NCBI GenBank assembly: GCA_013265495.1
Contig: MU057809.1
Span: forward strand, 2,059,041-2,093,490
DNA from: Vicugna vicugna
Lineage: Eukaryota
Direction of reading: 5' to 3'
DNA: 34,450 bases
Positions 33,975 through 34,450 of this stretch are shown here, one piece after another. Position numbers and translations under genes: made by a program. Every line of letters starts with the position of its first letter. Position 1 is the stretch's first letter. Below the pieces are notes generated by a model, which made no database searches, was not told the DNA's origin, and was given only the letters and a program-made list of their open reading frames with translations.

Positions 33975-34450
33975 AAAAAGATGGTCTCTGATCACATTCC
34001 TCATTGCAACTCACCCTTCTGAAACTACCACTCATTCAGTTGTGGTGCAATATCAAGAAGAGTCACAATTACCTGAAAAGGCTGCTAAAACACTCCCTTT
34101 TCCAACTACTCATCTGTGGGAGGCTGGATTTTTTCATATCCCTCAATTAGAAACAACATAATTGCAAGAGACTAAATGCAAAAGCATATCTGAGAATCTA
34201 GTTTTGTTTTATTAAGCCAGACATTGGAGAAATTTGGAAAAAATATGAAACAATGCCACTCTTTGCAGTAATATTTTTGGTTCGGAATAATAAAGTTATT
34301 TTTCAAAAATATGTTTTTTATGATAACATATAATAACTTTAATGTTATTATTTTAAGTTATTAAATATATGAAAAGTTCTCAGTTTTGCTTTCTAATATG
34401 ATGAATATAGGAAGCTGTAACTCACATAAACAAGAATTTTGGGGTTATCA
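33975..34450 (+). mobile_element. Charlie1-family hAT DNA transposon 3' part (decayed transposase C-terminus), running off the window end
   Basis: CATTGCAACTCACC...AAACTACCACT...TTTCCAACTACTCATCTGTGGGAGGCTGGATTTT (FPTTYLCEAGFS-like hAT dimerisation motif)...TATTAAGCCAGACATT...AACAATGCCACTCT...ACTCACATAAACAAG. Confidence 0.92.

Overview
Mammalian (eutherian, probably Laurasiatherian) non-coding genomic DNA, most likely the interior of a large intron of a + strand gene. I recognise no protein-coding exon, RNA gene or prokaryote-type system, and the listed ORFs look like chance frames in unique or repeat-derived sequence. Much of the window is old interspersed repeats: L2, MIR, L1M-family fragments, MLT1/MLT2/LTR16-like and ERV1-like LTRs, and hAT-Charlie elements (MER103C-like, MER5A-like, Charlie1). 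Family names come from my recall of consensus sequences, not a search, and boundaries are approximate. The dominant structure is a near-perfect head-to-tail tandem duplication with a 3756-bp period (16569-20323 and 20325-24079). It has 5 substitutions that I could find and a single unmatched A at the junction, so it is either a very recent CNV or an assembly false duplication. A 30-N gap lies at 8264-8293. Secondary observations are candidate regulatory motif clusters, small palindromes, an apparent AT-to-GC drift in old repeats and one TNFR-like cysteine motif behind a splice acceptor. I cannot support a claim of a new biological system from this window.
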